Shown here: in pieces, positions 1-12,950 of the stretch
Layout of the letters: every line of letters begins with the position of its first letter
Position numbering within the stretch: position 1 is the stretch's first letter
Assembly: GCF_009914755.1 (NCBI RefSeq)
Contig: NC_060928.1
Strand: one strand, 5' to 3'
DNA length: 64,000 nucleotides
DNA from: the human T2T-CHM13v2.0 reference genome, Homo sapiens
Notes under the pieces: generated by a model
Seen by the model: the letters and a program-made list of their open reading frames with translations, nothing else
Database searches by the model: none
What the model was told of the DNA's origin: nothing
Made by a program: the position numbers and the translations under genes

Positions 1-159
1 ACATAATTTTTAAAAACAAAAAATGTGTTTAGTTTTTAATCAAATTGTTTCATCCTTCATGGTTTATGTGCTGACATGTGCTAATGTGACTTTCTGTTGA
101 TACAGATCGTTCTCTTTTCTTTTAAATTTTATAGATTTAAAAAGTATTCTTACTGTTGT

Positions 160-354
160 AAGCTTTTACAACCCACCTTATTTTGTTGTTATTGTTGTTT
201 TCAGTTTTGTTTTGTTTTAGACTTTCAGCAGCCTGAAGCCATGGTTTTTAGTTTCTGTCTCCTGTGATAAGCGGAAAAGAGGAATGAGGGCTTTACTGGC
301 CCAACCAGAAAGAGAAACTAAGAATCCATGACTGTATTCTCTCCCTTGGACACC
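160..354 (-). mobile_element. MER107-like short hAT DNA transposon
   Basis: Reverse complement reads GGTGTCCAAGGGAGAGAATACAGTCATGG...CCATGGCTTCAGGCTGCTG...AAAATAAGGTGGGTTG..AAGCTT, matching the recalled MER107 consensus over about 195 bp. Confidence 0.7.
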
Positions 355-497
355 AAAGGATGATTTTAAACAAAAAAACTTTTAAAAGTATACTTTTGTT
401 ATTTGTTTTCAAATGTATTTGTCCATATTAATAAATATCTGCCTTTTTAATTTACTTTTGTTTTGGTAATACCTAGAATTAACTCATCTCTCACACC

Positions 498-946
498 TGT
501 GTGGTAGCTATATAAAACTGTGCTACTTACATATCCTGCTGAGGGGATCTCATGGTCCTAGTTGCTGCTCGTTCAAATCCCCAACCACATTTCTGCTGCA
601 GCTGTGCTTTCTATGGGTTGTTGCCAGCCAGTGACTGAGTATGATAGGGCTACTAGTTCAGGATCTTACTGTGAGAAGTGAGACTCCTCTAAAGAGGAAT
701 GTTAGCTCAAGAATTCCCCATCAGGTTGACAAAGACTTTTACAGAACTGAGCTGCAGTCAGACTCTTCCTGCTTGATCACCCTTCCTCCCATCTCTCCTT
801 CAAAGGGGTCAGACCTTCATGCAGTCTGAAGTCTCTCCTCACTTTCAGCTCTCTCCATTTTATCTTTTATAGATATTTCCCCTAAAGAATCTCTTGCATC
901 TTATCTAATGTAGGCATCTGCTGCTTAAGGGATCCAAACTAAAACA
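498..946 (+). mobile_element. ERVL solo LTR, LTR16C-like
   Basis: TG...CA termini; 3' part tcagacc..gcagtctgaag..tttcccc..atctcttgcatc..ggcatctgct..ggatccaaactaaaaca is typical of LTR16. Confidence 0.7.
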
Positions 947-1679
947 ACCTGTCTGTATCAGTAGGTATCACATTTCCCCTAAAAATTGATATATTGTTTG
1001 TCCATTCAGAGATAGGTAAACATTTATGTATAGTTTACCTTTCTTTTTTTACATAAATGACTATTTTATACCTTGTGCTTTTTATTGAACACATAAAGAA
1101 CTTTACTTCATTTTAATACATAAAGGTTTTTTCATTTATTTTTTAAGTTAGTATTTTATCACCTTAAGAACTCTTATAAAATAAAGATAAAGAACATAGC
1201 AGAATTAAATTACGTTCTTGATTATATTAACAATAAAGCTTCAGAGAGAAAACTAAGAAATTGTAAGTATATTAGTTATAGATAAAAATGAGAAAATGAC
1301 GTTGTTATATAGATTAATAATTGATATTTCAATATTTACATTCTATTATTTCAATCATGAAAACATTGTGAAACACTATTAACTAATTCATTGCTCACAG
1401 ATATTTATATTATATCACAGTTTTTCCTATTCTTAGAGTCCTAACTTCTTAGTTTTCTAATGACCGTTTTCAGATTCATTTAAAATCATATATGGGTGGC
1501 TTATTTTTTAAGCATTTTATTTTTGAAAATATAACTTTTTAATAGCCTTATAAATATGTAACTATTTGATCGGCTGCGTAATCACTGAGACACTGGCTTT
1601 TCCCCTCAAAATGCTATAGCGGCTCACTTATCTTCTTTCCCCTTGACATGGCATTGTCTGAGATTCATGAAATCCATTA

Positions 1680-1915
1680 AACCTCTCCTAGAATTTCAAT
1701 TCAGGTTTAGAAAAAAGAACAATCTGATTGTCCCAATTTTTTTGTTGTTGTGTTAGAGAATTAGACATCTGTCAACTCATCTGATAACAGGTTACCCTTG
1801 GTAACATGATGGCTCACGCCTGGTACAAAAGTTAATCATCTAACAATGATCCCTTCAGTAGGTGACCTAGTTAGAAAGTTCCCTTAGAAGAGCTTCTGGG
1901 TATGTAGACAACAGC
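1680..1915 (-). mobile_element. Highly diverged MaLR (old MLT1-type) LTR remnant
   Basis: aatctgattgtccca and gttcccttagaag motifs resemble old MLT1 LTRs; weak similarity only. Confidence 0.3.
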
Positions 1916-3139
1916 ATTGAAATTGAACAAAAAGCAGACTCATGGGAATCTCTAAAGGAAGGCTGTCACTCTGATACTTATCACAAATTTGTCACAGTCA
2001 TTTGACAATAGACAGTTTAAAATAATTTTTCAAATATCCTGAGTATAACTCTAATTGCGTAGAAAAGAAGCAAATCTGAAAGAAATAGCAGTGACCTGTT
2101 CTCTGAGCTTGATTGTTTGCCTAGGCTATTACCTGAAATGGAAAACTAGAGAGGACGTGATCAATAGCAAAGCACTACCCCTGGCAAGTCTTCATGGTCT
2201 TGTTATCACTGGACCGTGCCTGGATTACTTAGGAATATAAGACTTTGAAAGGAGAGAATTTCTTTCTTTTGCAAACACAGAGCTGAAATCCTCACAGACA
2301 TAACAGCGAGAATAATTCCACAAATAAAATCAAAATTTCTTACCTATTGCTACTTTTAAAAATTACAGTTTTACCTCACATATCAAAAAATAACAACAAA
2401 AATCAAGACAGTGAATTCATTATGTCTATGTTCTTTCATAAAATAATATATAGTTTTTTTTCCTGAGTGGGTGTATGGGAGAAAGTTAGAAAATATTAAC
2501 TTGATATGGTCAGATATCCAACAATATAAATTTATTTGAAAGCTGTGATGAATAATTTTAATAACTGAAGATTAAAACAAATAAAGCAATTTGATAATTC
2601 TTTAAAAGTTATTCCCCACAATTGATAGAATTTAAAATGAAATTTTATTTTATGTAATTCAAATAATAAATAATAAAATTTGATTTTAAGGCAACTATTT
2701 TTCATACAACATAGAAGAATGAAGAGTTAGCATTTTAAAAGAAGCACAAATATTTACAATATTATTCATAAATAATGCCAATATTTGAAGAAAACAATAA
2801 GATCATCTTTTTTCCTGGTGACAGCTTCTTAAAACATTTTAATATTCCGAGTTTTCAACTGGATCTGCTGCTGAGATTCATCTTTGCCATTGGTATTTCC
2901 ATTCCTTACAAACAAAGAAAAATCCTTTAATCTTATATCTGCACTATATCGATTGTCACTGTAAATGACATTGTCAAAACAGCATGTATTGATTGCTCAT
3001 GGGATGTACGTTATTATATTAATAATAAAAATTACCACCTCTATCAATGGTGGCTATAGCCTTATGTAAGAAAAGAAAGTACAATGTCTACATCTCCTTT
3101 CCAATGTCACCAGGATTCCCCTTTTTGGTCAATTAAAAG

Positions 3140-3340
3140 GACATCCCCTAGTCATTCTCTATCAAATACCTCGTTTCTTTCCTTAACAGAACCTTCATGG
3201 TTTATTAAGTGTTTTATTTAATTGCTGGTTTTCTTGCTAGTGATAAGAGATTGTTTTACCTTTGTATAGTTCTTGATAGTATAATTTCTAACCTAAGTCA
3301 TAAGGTCATAGAATTCTAGAAATAAACTATATTAAATAAA
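3140..3340 (+). mobile_element. L2 3' end remnant
   Basis: Pyrimidine-rich diverged L2-like 3' UTR ending near aataaactatattaaataaa. Confidence 0.35.
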
Positions 3341-3477
3341 CAAGATGCATTTTATGAATTGAAAAATAGCCACTTTGAGGATCTATTATATCAACGATAA
3401 AGTGAAATCGAAGATTTTGAAATATTGCACATTATAGAGCATGGTCTATAGAATCTAGTGTTAGCTAGAATGGCTTA

Positions 3478-3978
3478 TGTAGCAGATGAACAATGACACA
3501 AATGCTTTGCTACTATTCCCACTGAGAAGTGAAGTCTAATTCGTTGCCACTTGAATCTGGGCTGGTTTTAGTGACTTGCTTGACTTATAGAATGCAGTGG
3601 AAGTGATTTTGGAGGACTTCTGAGGCAAGGTCATTAAAAGCTGCAACTTTCCCTTTGATGTCTTAGAGCATCATCATTGACTGTCTGTAGTTGACATTTA
3701 AGAAGTCTGACTATTGCAGAAGCTATCTTGAACAGTTTCAGCCTTTCCCTCTAAGGCACAAGACAAATGAATGATTGCATCCTGGACCCTCCAGATCAGC
3801 CATTCATTGAGCTCAGTGCCACCATGTGAGCTCCACTGATCTCAAGCAGAAGAGAAGAATTACCAGGCCAGACATGTACAAATTCCTGACGGGCAAAATC
3901 ATGAGATAAAATAAAATTAATTATTTTAGCAAATACGTTTCAGGGTAGCATGTTACACATTTAGAAAGAACAAGAACA
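3478..3978 (+). mobile_element. MaLR LTR (MLT1G/H-type)
   Basis: tgt start; cttgaatctgggctgg..gtgacttgcttgac..atagaatgcagtggaagtga..gacttctgaggc; aaattcctgac..aatcatgaga; ends agaaca. Confidence 0.8.
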
Positions 3979-5190
3979 GGATTTTGTACCTGAAAGTTGG
4001 AAGCTGATATAACAAAAGTTAAAATACGTGGCAATGCCTTTGGACCAGGTGGTAGGTGAAGGCAAGAAGGAACTCTAAGAACTTGTTGGTGAAGAGTGGA
4101 AATACAGATGAGATATTGTCATCGAAGGCTTAAAAGAAGGTGATGCTTGTTAAATAGTGGTAGAAGTTTTGGCAGCACTGTCACCTGCAGTAATAGAGAA
4201 AATATAAAATTTGCCTGATGAAATGATGGATTTTCTAAGAAAACTTTCAGAAAGAATATTGAAAATGTGCATGCATGGACATTTTTTAAAACGTTTTTAA
4301 AACATAGTTAAAGATGAATGGAAGACATTAGATTTGTATAGTTAATTTTTTCAAAACAAAATTAGAGAATATATAAGGTAGGACTCACTGAGTGTTAAAA
4401 ATAATGTTGTTTTTCACTTCCAGTGTCTCCAGATGGCACGAACCTCTACAAGTAGAAAGTGGCTCCAAGTCTTTGCTATTGTGAATAGTGCTGCAATAAA
4501 TATACATGTGCAGTTGTCTTTATAGTAGAATGATTTATAATCCTTTGGGTATACAGCCAGTAATGGGATTGCTGGGTCAAATGGTATTTCTAGTTCTAGA
4601 TCCTTGAGGAATCGATAGGTACAGCAAACCACCATGGCACATGTATACCTGTGTAACAAACCTGCACGTTCTGCACATGTATCCCAGAACTTAAGTATAA
4701 TAAAAAAAACAACCATTTTTTAAAAAGGGCAAGAATATTAGAAAAAAGAAAAAGAAAGAAAGTAGACTCTGTGTAAAGATGAACTTGAGTGTGGTTCTAA
4801 TATTTTCATGCTTTTCGTTAAGATTTTAGAAAGATTTAATGGTGTGCCTCATATACCAACTCAGCCACACTGACAGGCTTCCAAAAATCATAATATGTGG
4901 TACCTGCCTTGGCAATATTTAGTTCAAATGGAATAGGTACCAGTCTCAACAAAGATTCACAGCCTTGGCTTCTGTCTAATGGACAGAACCCTGATAAATT
5001 TTTAGGCAGGCCACAAAGTTTTTAAGCACTGTGGACTGAAGACAAAAGGGGAAGAAGAGAAAGAGGCAGTTCAAAGTGAAAAAAATATATATCTTCAATG
5101 CATGCTAACTTTCCTCAGGGAAAAGCAGATTGACAGAATTCCCCAGCTGCAAAACATGAACCACTTCTAATAGAAAAGGAGACACAGAAG
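3979..5190 (+). mobile_element. MaLR internal region (MLT1-int), interrupted by a small L1 insertion
   Basis: Starts ggattttgtacctgaaagt directly after the LTR, like the MaLR-int start; tacgtggcaatgcctttggacc and ttggcagcactgtcacctgcag motifs. Confidence 0.6.
4462..4756. mobile_element. 5'-inverted (twin-primed) L1PA fragment: antisense piece 4462-4614 plus sense 3' UTR and A-rich tail 4614-4756
   Basis: ccaagtctttgctattgtgaatagtgc...tccttgaggaatcg (L1 antisense) is fused to gataggtacagcaaaccaccatggcacatgtatacc...cccagaacttaagtataataaaa (L1 sense 3' end); imperfect TSD agaaagtggctc / agaaagtagactc. Confidence 0.9.
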
Positions 5191-6588
5191 AGTATATATC
5201 AAGGTAATTCACATCTGCATCTATACAGATAAAAGTCTCAACCAACTTCCACTTCTGATGATTTATATTTCAAACTCGTGTTTTAAAATATGGACATGGG
5301 TATTTGGGGAACTCTCAGAGTTAATAATGCATGTTATACAACTATATTAAATAATTGCATTACCCTTTACTGATACATGAATTAGTAAACTAGAGTGTGT
5401 AAAATTTTCTGCAATTCACCTTGGGGTGAATTGGCTGGACATGCAACATTGACGCTGGCTGCTTTCTCCAGTGACCTCAGTACTGCAATTTGGTGGCTCT
5501 TTCCAAGTGTCTGTGGGGCTGTGGGCATTGGAGTGATTCTGTAATAAAGGATAGTAGGAAATTCCAAGGCCTCATATTGTAAGCCAGTTCAAATAGTAGT
5601 ACTGACATAAAATATATAATTAAATAATATTACATAATATTTTAATGCTTTAAAAATTAGATAATTTACATTTTTCTAAAGTAATCCAAAGGTATAATTT
5701 TCTAAAAAGCTGTTAATAATAAAAGATTGTTTCTTTAGTTCACTGTAGAACTTAAGATGTCTTTTAGTACGTGAATAACTCAGAATTCTGGATTGAAACT
5801 ATTATGTCATTTGTGCTTGCTCTAGAGAGAAGTCACTATTGCTTCACCACTTTAAATCTCAGGAGAATAATGACAACTTCTGTATGGTGTTTTTTTAACT
5901 TACTTTATTCGTCTATAAAAACACAGTTTTACTGCCTTCTTCCTCTGATTCTGATCTTAATGAACTAAAATACAAAGAAATATAAATTTGTTTTTGTTTT
6001 AAAAACACCACTTATAAACATATTCTCTAATAATCACATATATCTAGAAAGAATACTCATAAGCAAGAAGTGACTCATGTCTCAAATATTACAGGATTTT
6101 AAACCCAATTTGGCTAATTATTTAAAGCTTTCTTTATTTTCTTCTTTATAAAATGTATTTGAGAACATGCACGTAAAACAGTTATTAAGGGGTGACGATT
6201 GTATTTATATAAATTGAATTACCAGCTCTTAAAACACAAATGCTCTCACTTATGAGTACTTTCATCGGGTTTTGATTGAGAACCCAGTATGTGCCAGGCA
6301 CTGTATTAAGTCTTAGATTCCACTTGCAATAAAAAACAAAACAAAACAAAAAAACCCACTTATTTGCCTTCATGGAAGTATCTCTCTGGTGGGTGGGAAA
6401 GACAGATAATGGGTAAGAAAACTAGCAACTAAATGAAACACTTGTAAAGCATGGACAGTACTGTGAAGGAAATACATAAAGTCTTTGCTAGTGAATCATT
6501 ATGGTACATCCTTTAGAGTGACCGAAAAGAGGAAGGAGGCCTGGTGACATTTAAAAGGATACCTAGGAAGGTAAGGAAAATGGCCAGC

Positions 6589-6629
6589 AAGAGACAGACA
6601 GAGAGAGAGAGAGAGAGAGAAAGAGAGAA
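6589..6629 (+). repeat. (GA)n/(GACA)n microsatellite
   Basis: agagacagacagagagagagagagagagagaaagagagaa. Confidence 0.85.
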
Positions 6630-7091
6630 CCAGACAGACCTAGGGAATATGAGGGAATAGGTATTTCAGCAAGGGGACAATAATTGAAAGGCTCTGAGTT
6701 CAAGAGAGAAGGCCAGTATGATCTGGAGAAGAAGTCAAGGGGGAAAATATGATTTTTGCTGCATAGATCATTTTTTTCCATGACGAAAATATTGGATCGT
6801 GGAGGGAAAACATCGAGCACTAAATAGAAAACATTATTATAATCTAGTTGATTGTTTTGGGCAACTCGTAAAAGGGTTACAGCAACAGAGAGGAAGAAAA
6901 ATGAAGATACTTGAGATATATCTTGGTTATAAAACCAATACGAATTTTTCATAGGGATCAGATGTTGGGGTTGAGGAACAGCGAGAATGCAAGATGATTT
7001 TAGGTTTCTGGCTTGCAATTGAGTTGAAGGTATGTCAATTTATGAGAAGAAGAAGATTGGTAGAGTAAAAAAAAAATATCAAGAAGACAAT

Positions 7092-7512
7092 TGTTATGGA
7101 CTGAATTGTATTTATGCCCAAATTGATATGTTGAAACCTTAATTACAAGTATCTTAGGATATGACTGTATTTAGAGCTATGGCCCTTAAAGAGGTAACTA
7201 AATTAATATGAGATCTTTAGGGTGGGCCCCAATCCACTCTGACTGGACTCCTTAAAAGAAGAGGAGATAAGACGTGGAGACACCATGGGTGTGTGCACAC
7301 AGACAGATGACCATATGAAGAGGCAGCCAGAGGGAAGCCATCCTCAGGCCAAGAAGAGAGGCCCCGGAGAAAACCAACCACACCAGCACCTTGAACATAG
7401 ACTTGCAGTCTCCAGAACTGGGGGAAAATATATTTTTGTTATATATATACAAATATATTTTTGTTACACAATCTGTAGTATTTTGTGATGGCAGCCTTAG
7501 AAAACTAATATA
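7092..7512 (+). mobile_element. MLT1B solo LTR
   Basis: tgttatggactgaattg...gggtgggccccaatcc...gcagtctccagaactg...tgatggcagccttagaaaactaatata; 5-bp TSD ACAAT at 7087-7091 and 7513-7517. Confidence 0.88.
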
Positions 7513-8441
7513 ACAATCAGTAGTTTGGTTTGGAAATGTTACTTTCAAGAACTTACAGGACCTTGGTGTGTAGATGCTGAGTAGGCTGTTGGATTTGCAA
7601 CACAGGGAAGGAGCATCACTGGACTGATCAGTAATTTTTGGAATTTCCAGTATGTAGATGATATTTAAAGCAATTGACATGGATACATTATGAATAGAGA
7701 GACTGTACAGAGAAATAGTAAGAAAGCCCAGTAACAAGCTTCTAAAATTGTCAATTTTAATGAATTCATGCATTGCATTGGCATAAATTGGGGGAAAATA
7801 TGTAATCCAAAATTGAGTTTAAAACTGAATATAATATTATTTAAATTTTTTTTAAATTACTGTTCCTTTCCTCAGACTAAGGTTCCACATTATACATATT
7901 TCTTATTTTTTGCAAACTAAAAATCTTTAATTTATAATTTACAATGTTTTCTTCCTTTGAAATCTTCATTTTAAATATATCTTCCACACAAAATCCTGTT
8001 TTCTAAAATACGCTTTTCTAATCTTAACAGAGAAAATGTCACTCTTACTTAATTAAATATGTTCTCTTAAGCCAATGAATTCAAGGGGATTATATAAATA
8101 TTTCATTTAAAATAAATTCCCAAAGATGCACTTATATGATTTAGTAAAAATTATATTCAATTTTTATTTTGAGGTAACCTGGAAGATATATATGCATATT
8201 CATGAATAACAAATTACTCAGCTATTCCTATATTAAACATTGTGAACAATAAGAAAATATTTACTACATTTTTTCTGATCTCAAGTAGTGCACTGCAGTT
8301 TGTCAAACAGTACTAAAATTCTTAAAGAGAAAAAATCAATTTTAAAGACTAATGTCATAATGTAACAGTTTTGTAGACTGCTACTCTGAGTCATAGCAGG
8401 AAGAGGTTGTTCAGTTTTTCACCAAATTTCTGACAACATTT

Positions 8442-8949
8442 TGGGAAGCAGGTTCACTGTATTCTGGTTACCACTTCAGTCCATTGCATCTTGGGCTGCA
8501 ATCTCTACTACTCATACTAGTATGACGAGTTTGAACATTTACACAATGCTTACAGAAAGCTAAGCAACTTTATTACTCACAGATACGCAGCAAGGGAAAA
8601 TAGAAGCTTAAGATTTATGGCAAGCTGGTCACCCAAGGCTCAGGCAAACTGCCCATGGAGAATGGATGGATTCTCATCTCTGTGTGCCCTATTTCACTGC
8701 AGCTGATGGACCTCGGAAAGCAGCCTGCCTTGGATTTTACACCTCAGGGTAAGGTGAAATGTTGGACTAAAGCGTTGTAGGACGTCTTGTTATAGGAAGG
8801 ACTGGAACAGAGCCTGGCCTATTTTGGCCAGTTCCAGCTTATCACAGGATGTGGTGTTTCCAGCACATTCTGCAACTATTGTGGAAAAGTACAAGTGGGA
8901 AAGGGGAAATAACTGGGTCAGTCCAAGAGGTGAAGAATTGTTCTGGACA
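8442..8949 (-). mobile_element. ERVL solo LTR (MER54/LTR53/MER73 group)
   Basis: Reverse complement starts tgtccagaacaattc..ttggactgacccagtt..gaatgtgctgg..ggctctgttccagtcc..caacgctttagtcc and ends gtgaacctgcttccca. Confidence 0.7.
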
Positions 8950-11119
8950 TTTATGTGAGAAAATATGGTAATTAATATTTACTTAATCCCTACTATATTC
9001 TAAGCATTAGCTTTGAGCACTTTCACACTGATTTCATACTCTGAGAACTTGTTCTTATTGAGCCCATTTTCTAGTGTATTGGAACAAAGAAGGCTTAAAT
9101 AAATTACTGATGTTTTTTAGCTACATGTTTGAACAAACCTCTGTCTCTAAGGTTCAAGCTCTTATCGCTGTACCCTTTGAATTTGGGCAACTTTGTAAGG
9201 ACCTGTAAAAGCACAAACTTTTTAGCAGGTAATTAGCTGAGGAAAAAGTCAAACATCCAAAGACACACAGACCCACACACTGGCTTCACACACATGCTCA
9301 TATTGACTTTGAAACATGATTTTATCTGCATTATATTAATATGATGCTAGGGTCACAAAAAAACTTTTATCTATGAATGTCCCACATATATAGTCTATGA
9401 AAATACAAAATTCCTCAAGTTAAGCAATGCAATTTTTTGGTAACCTTAAGGAAACTGCCTTCCCAAATTGCTTTTCAGGCATCTCATTGTCCTAAGATTT
9501 GTAATAGAAGCAGAGGCTGTAAAAGTCTATTTACTTGGAAAAGCAAAATATTTCAGTCTTGGAATGCACACAACTCAGACTTCAACTTCAACCTAAGTCA
9601 TCTCAATGGGAAATGGCAGGCAAGACAATGGTAATATTCTCAATTGTTGCCAAGCTGTGTCTGTTTCTCATTCTCACTGAACTCATTCATCTCATTGTAC
9701 TGGAATGGGTTTGTGGTTACCATAATGCACGCATGGGTTATTAACGTAGTTTTCACTGCTAATGTTTAGTGAGTTTTAACATAGTAAATAATAAAGAACA
9801 AGAAAATAAGCACACTGTATTCATTCATATTCACAGACTGAAAAGTAACAGGGTTCTAGTATTGAGGATTGGATAAAGTTCAATGACTGTAATAAAGAGA
9901 GATACCTCTCCCCACTGTTTCTTTCTATACTGCTGCAAAAACAAAATATACCTTGCTGAATGACAGTGGCAATCGCTTTGATATCAGTGCTTTCCTACTG
10001 TGGAGTTTAAAGACCTAAACCATTATATTAAACAAAATTGCAGGTAATCTTTTCAAACATTCCATTTGAAGGTACTGGGAATAATTGATTTACATTCAAG
10101 AATATGTAAGAGTGCAAATTTTATACCAAAGATGCACTTTTACGTGTATAGCACAAATTCCCAAAGGACATACTAATGTTTTTCATACTTCTGCTAGTAA
10201 TTATTTAGGATACATATCAATACCAATTATTAATTACCTAGAGATCATCCTGCCAACCACACAATTGTCACAAAATATACTCTAGCCAATTTATTCCTTC
10301 CCAAAACACATGACTTAATATAGATACTAATATCAATGAACATATAAAGGCAATTTAAACACTAAAATTAAACATTAAATTAATACGCAGAGAGCTTAGT
10401 GGAAATAGATGGTGAGCACTTAAAGGACCATTTCTCCTTCTGTTAGTGTAATAGCATTGTTACTGAATACAGAAAGAGGATCTTAAATTGACCTCTAGTT
10501 TTTATTTGTATTTATAAAATAAAAGCTTAAATCTATCACACTGCTAAATAACTGCTTTTCAAAACCGGAGACAGCACTTTACATTTTATTCATTTCACAC
10601 CAACTGAATATGATAATACCTCTCATTATTTGAGGTTAAGAGAGCTTGAACATTCCCAAGAGGTTGTAATTCAAATGTAGGAGCCTGACTTTAAATGGTA
10701 TTTACATATAGTACTTATTTGAATACAATGAAGTTTTTTTTTTTAAATTAGGTACATACAAAGCAATATTGTTTCCCATTGTTTATTTCACATTTATTTA
10801 TAGTATTTAGAGTTTTTACAATACACTTAGTAGGCTTTGCTCATGAGAGTGGCTCCTTGAGTACTATAGAAAAGAACTTAGTTGTAGAATATGAAGGATA
10901 AGACAATACAGCTACTTACTATTTAAATCATCAAAATACATAAGAGGTATTGAGTTATACTTTAGGTTGCTATAACTGCATTTTATTTTTTGCTTTGTTT
11001 TTTTCCTGCCTACAGATTTAAATTGCTTCTATTGCTTCATACCAATGATGTTTCCTCAGAAACAAAATATGAACATCAAAACTGAAAGGTATTTTTAAAA
11101 TTTAATAGAAAAGTCTGTA

Positions 11120-11800
11120 TCTAGCAAAATGGCAAATAAGACATCCTGTGAGATTATAGAAATTCAGTTGTTTTCTATAAACAGCACAACTAAAATATCT
11201 CACATAATAAGCATCTTTTTTTTAAAAAATTGCATTGACAAGCATCAAGAAAACTGTAGTCTAGTAAAAAATCAGCTATAGAAATTTAGTGAAACACTGG
11301 ACACAGATGTTACTCTCAGAGCAAAGACTGAACATTAGAGCTTCAGTTTTTATAGCCTCCTCTAGCATAAAGGACAGGAAATAAGGCCTAGGAATTGTCT
11401 GTGGTGATTAATTTGATAGATACTCTCCATAAATCTGACACTCAAATGGCATTATTTTTACCAAAAGTGAATAAGCCTGAGAAAAATCAAGGCAAACAGA
11501 CTGTCCCAAGTTTGGCACATCTCTAAAAATTTGTAGTCACAAACTGGCCCTTACAAGGGTTTTCATTCTAACCTGCACTATCTTGGTAGTATCCAACCTT
11601 CAGGTAAGATAGAAAATTATTTCAGAAAAGGCCTTCCAAAATTATGATGATAATAGTTTTTTATCTGTTATACACACAGTTAAGATTTACAAAACACACA
11701 AGGAAACTAAACCCTGAGCAAGATACAGCAGAAATAATTGTCAGCAAAACCATATCAGTGAAGATTTTAGATGCTAAAGTTATCATTCATATAATATAAA
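11120..11800 (+). mobile_element. Old L1M 5'/ORF1-region remnant
   Basis: gcaaaatggcaaataagac start and A-rich aagatttacaaaacacacaaggaaac; weak. Confidence 0.35.
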
Positions 11801-11844
11801 TAATTTACATAAATTTAAATAATTTAATTTAGTTTTACTATTTT

Positions 11845-12950
11845 AAACACTTTGACTTTTACATTTAAATAGATTCATAGGAAGTTCAAAACATAATGGA
11901 GAAAGAACCCATAGGATAACATTTTAAATAACTATCATACCATATCAAAAAGAGGAAATTGATAGTCATATAATATTATAAACTAAAGTGCAGACCTCAT
12001 ATAGATTAAACTAATTTTTCGTATACCTTCTTTTTTGGTGTATAATTCTATAAAATTTTATCACATATCAATATGTGTGATCACCATCACAATCAGGATA
12101 TGGTATTCTCTCTCTCCAAAGAAACATATTCACGCTACCTCTTTCAGGCATACCGTGCCCTAACCTTAAACCTTGCATCCACTGATTTGTTCTTAAGCAC
12201 TCAAATTTTGTCATTCTGAGAATGTTATATAAATGGAATCATAAATATGTAACTTTTTGAGGTTAACTGTTTTCCAGTTAGCATGTTATTAAAATGCATC
12301 CAATTTGAGTGAATCAATAGTGTATTCTCCCTTTATTATCATTATTATTATTTCCTGAGTAGAATTCCATGGTATGGATGAACCACAGATTGTTTATCCA
12401 TTTACGCAGAGAAGGGCATCTGAGTTGTTCTAATTTTTTGGCTTCTAAAGTTAAAAACTACCGTGAACGTTTGTGTATAGATTATTATGCGAGCACATGG
12501 TTTCATTTCTCTGGGAAAAATGTGCAGCATTCTGATTGCTAACTCATATGGTAAGAATATGTTTAGTTTTTTTTTTTAAATGAAACTGACAAACTATTTG
12601 ACAGAGTTGGTGTATCATTTACATCCCCAACAACAATTCATGAAAGACGCAGTTACCTGTTATCTTCACCAGTACTTTGTATTGTCAGCATTTTTCAGTT
12701 TAGACATTCTAAAGGGTATATAGTAGTATGTCATTATAACTTTACGTAGTATATCCTAATGGTTAATTATGTGAGATCTTTTGCACATGCTTCTTTGTTT
12801 TCACAGATACTCATTAAGTGTCTGTTCAAGTATTTTGGGCGTTTCCTAATCCTATTGTTTATTGTCTTATGGTTTCATTGTGAGAATTATTTATACAGTC
12901 TGGTTACAAGTCACTTTTCATGCATATGACTTGCAAATACACTATCTAAT
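11845..12950 (-). mobile_element. L1MC/L1MD-type 3' end
   Basis: atccactgatttgttc..ttttgtcattctgagaatgttatataaatggaatcat..ccatggtatggatgaaccacag..tttcatttctctggg..acatccccaacaacaa. Confidence 0.8.

Larger units (their letters stand above)
6270..7750 (-). mobile_element. L2 (L2a-like) LINE, split by MLT1B LTR
   Basis: attgagaacccagtatgtgccaggcactgt at the 3' end; ttaggtttctggcttgcaattgagttgaagg and tttggaaatgttactttcaag are typical L2 segments. Confidence 0.7.

Noticed and set aside
2830-2925. Minus-strand exon candidate (tttctttgtttgtaag|GAATGG..., NGNTNGKDESQQQIQLKTRNIKMF*)
   Set aside because: AAG acceptor is weak, no partner exon is evident and the peptide is unrecognised.
7252-7773. Longest ORF in the track (173 aa), and the 151-aa ORF at 6563-7018
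   Set aside because: They run across L2, MLT1B and a GA microsatellite, and show no recognisable protein features.
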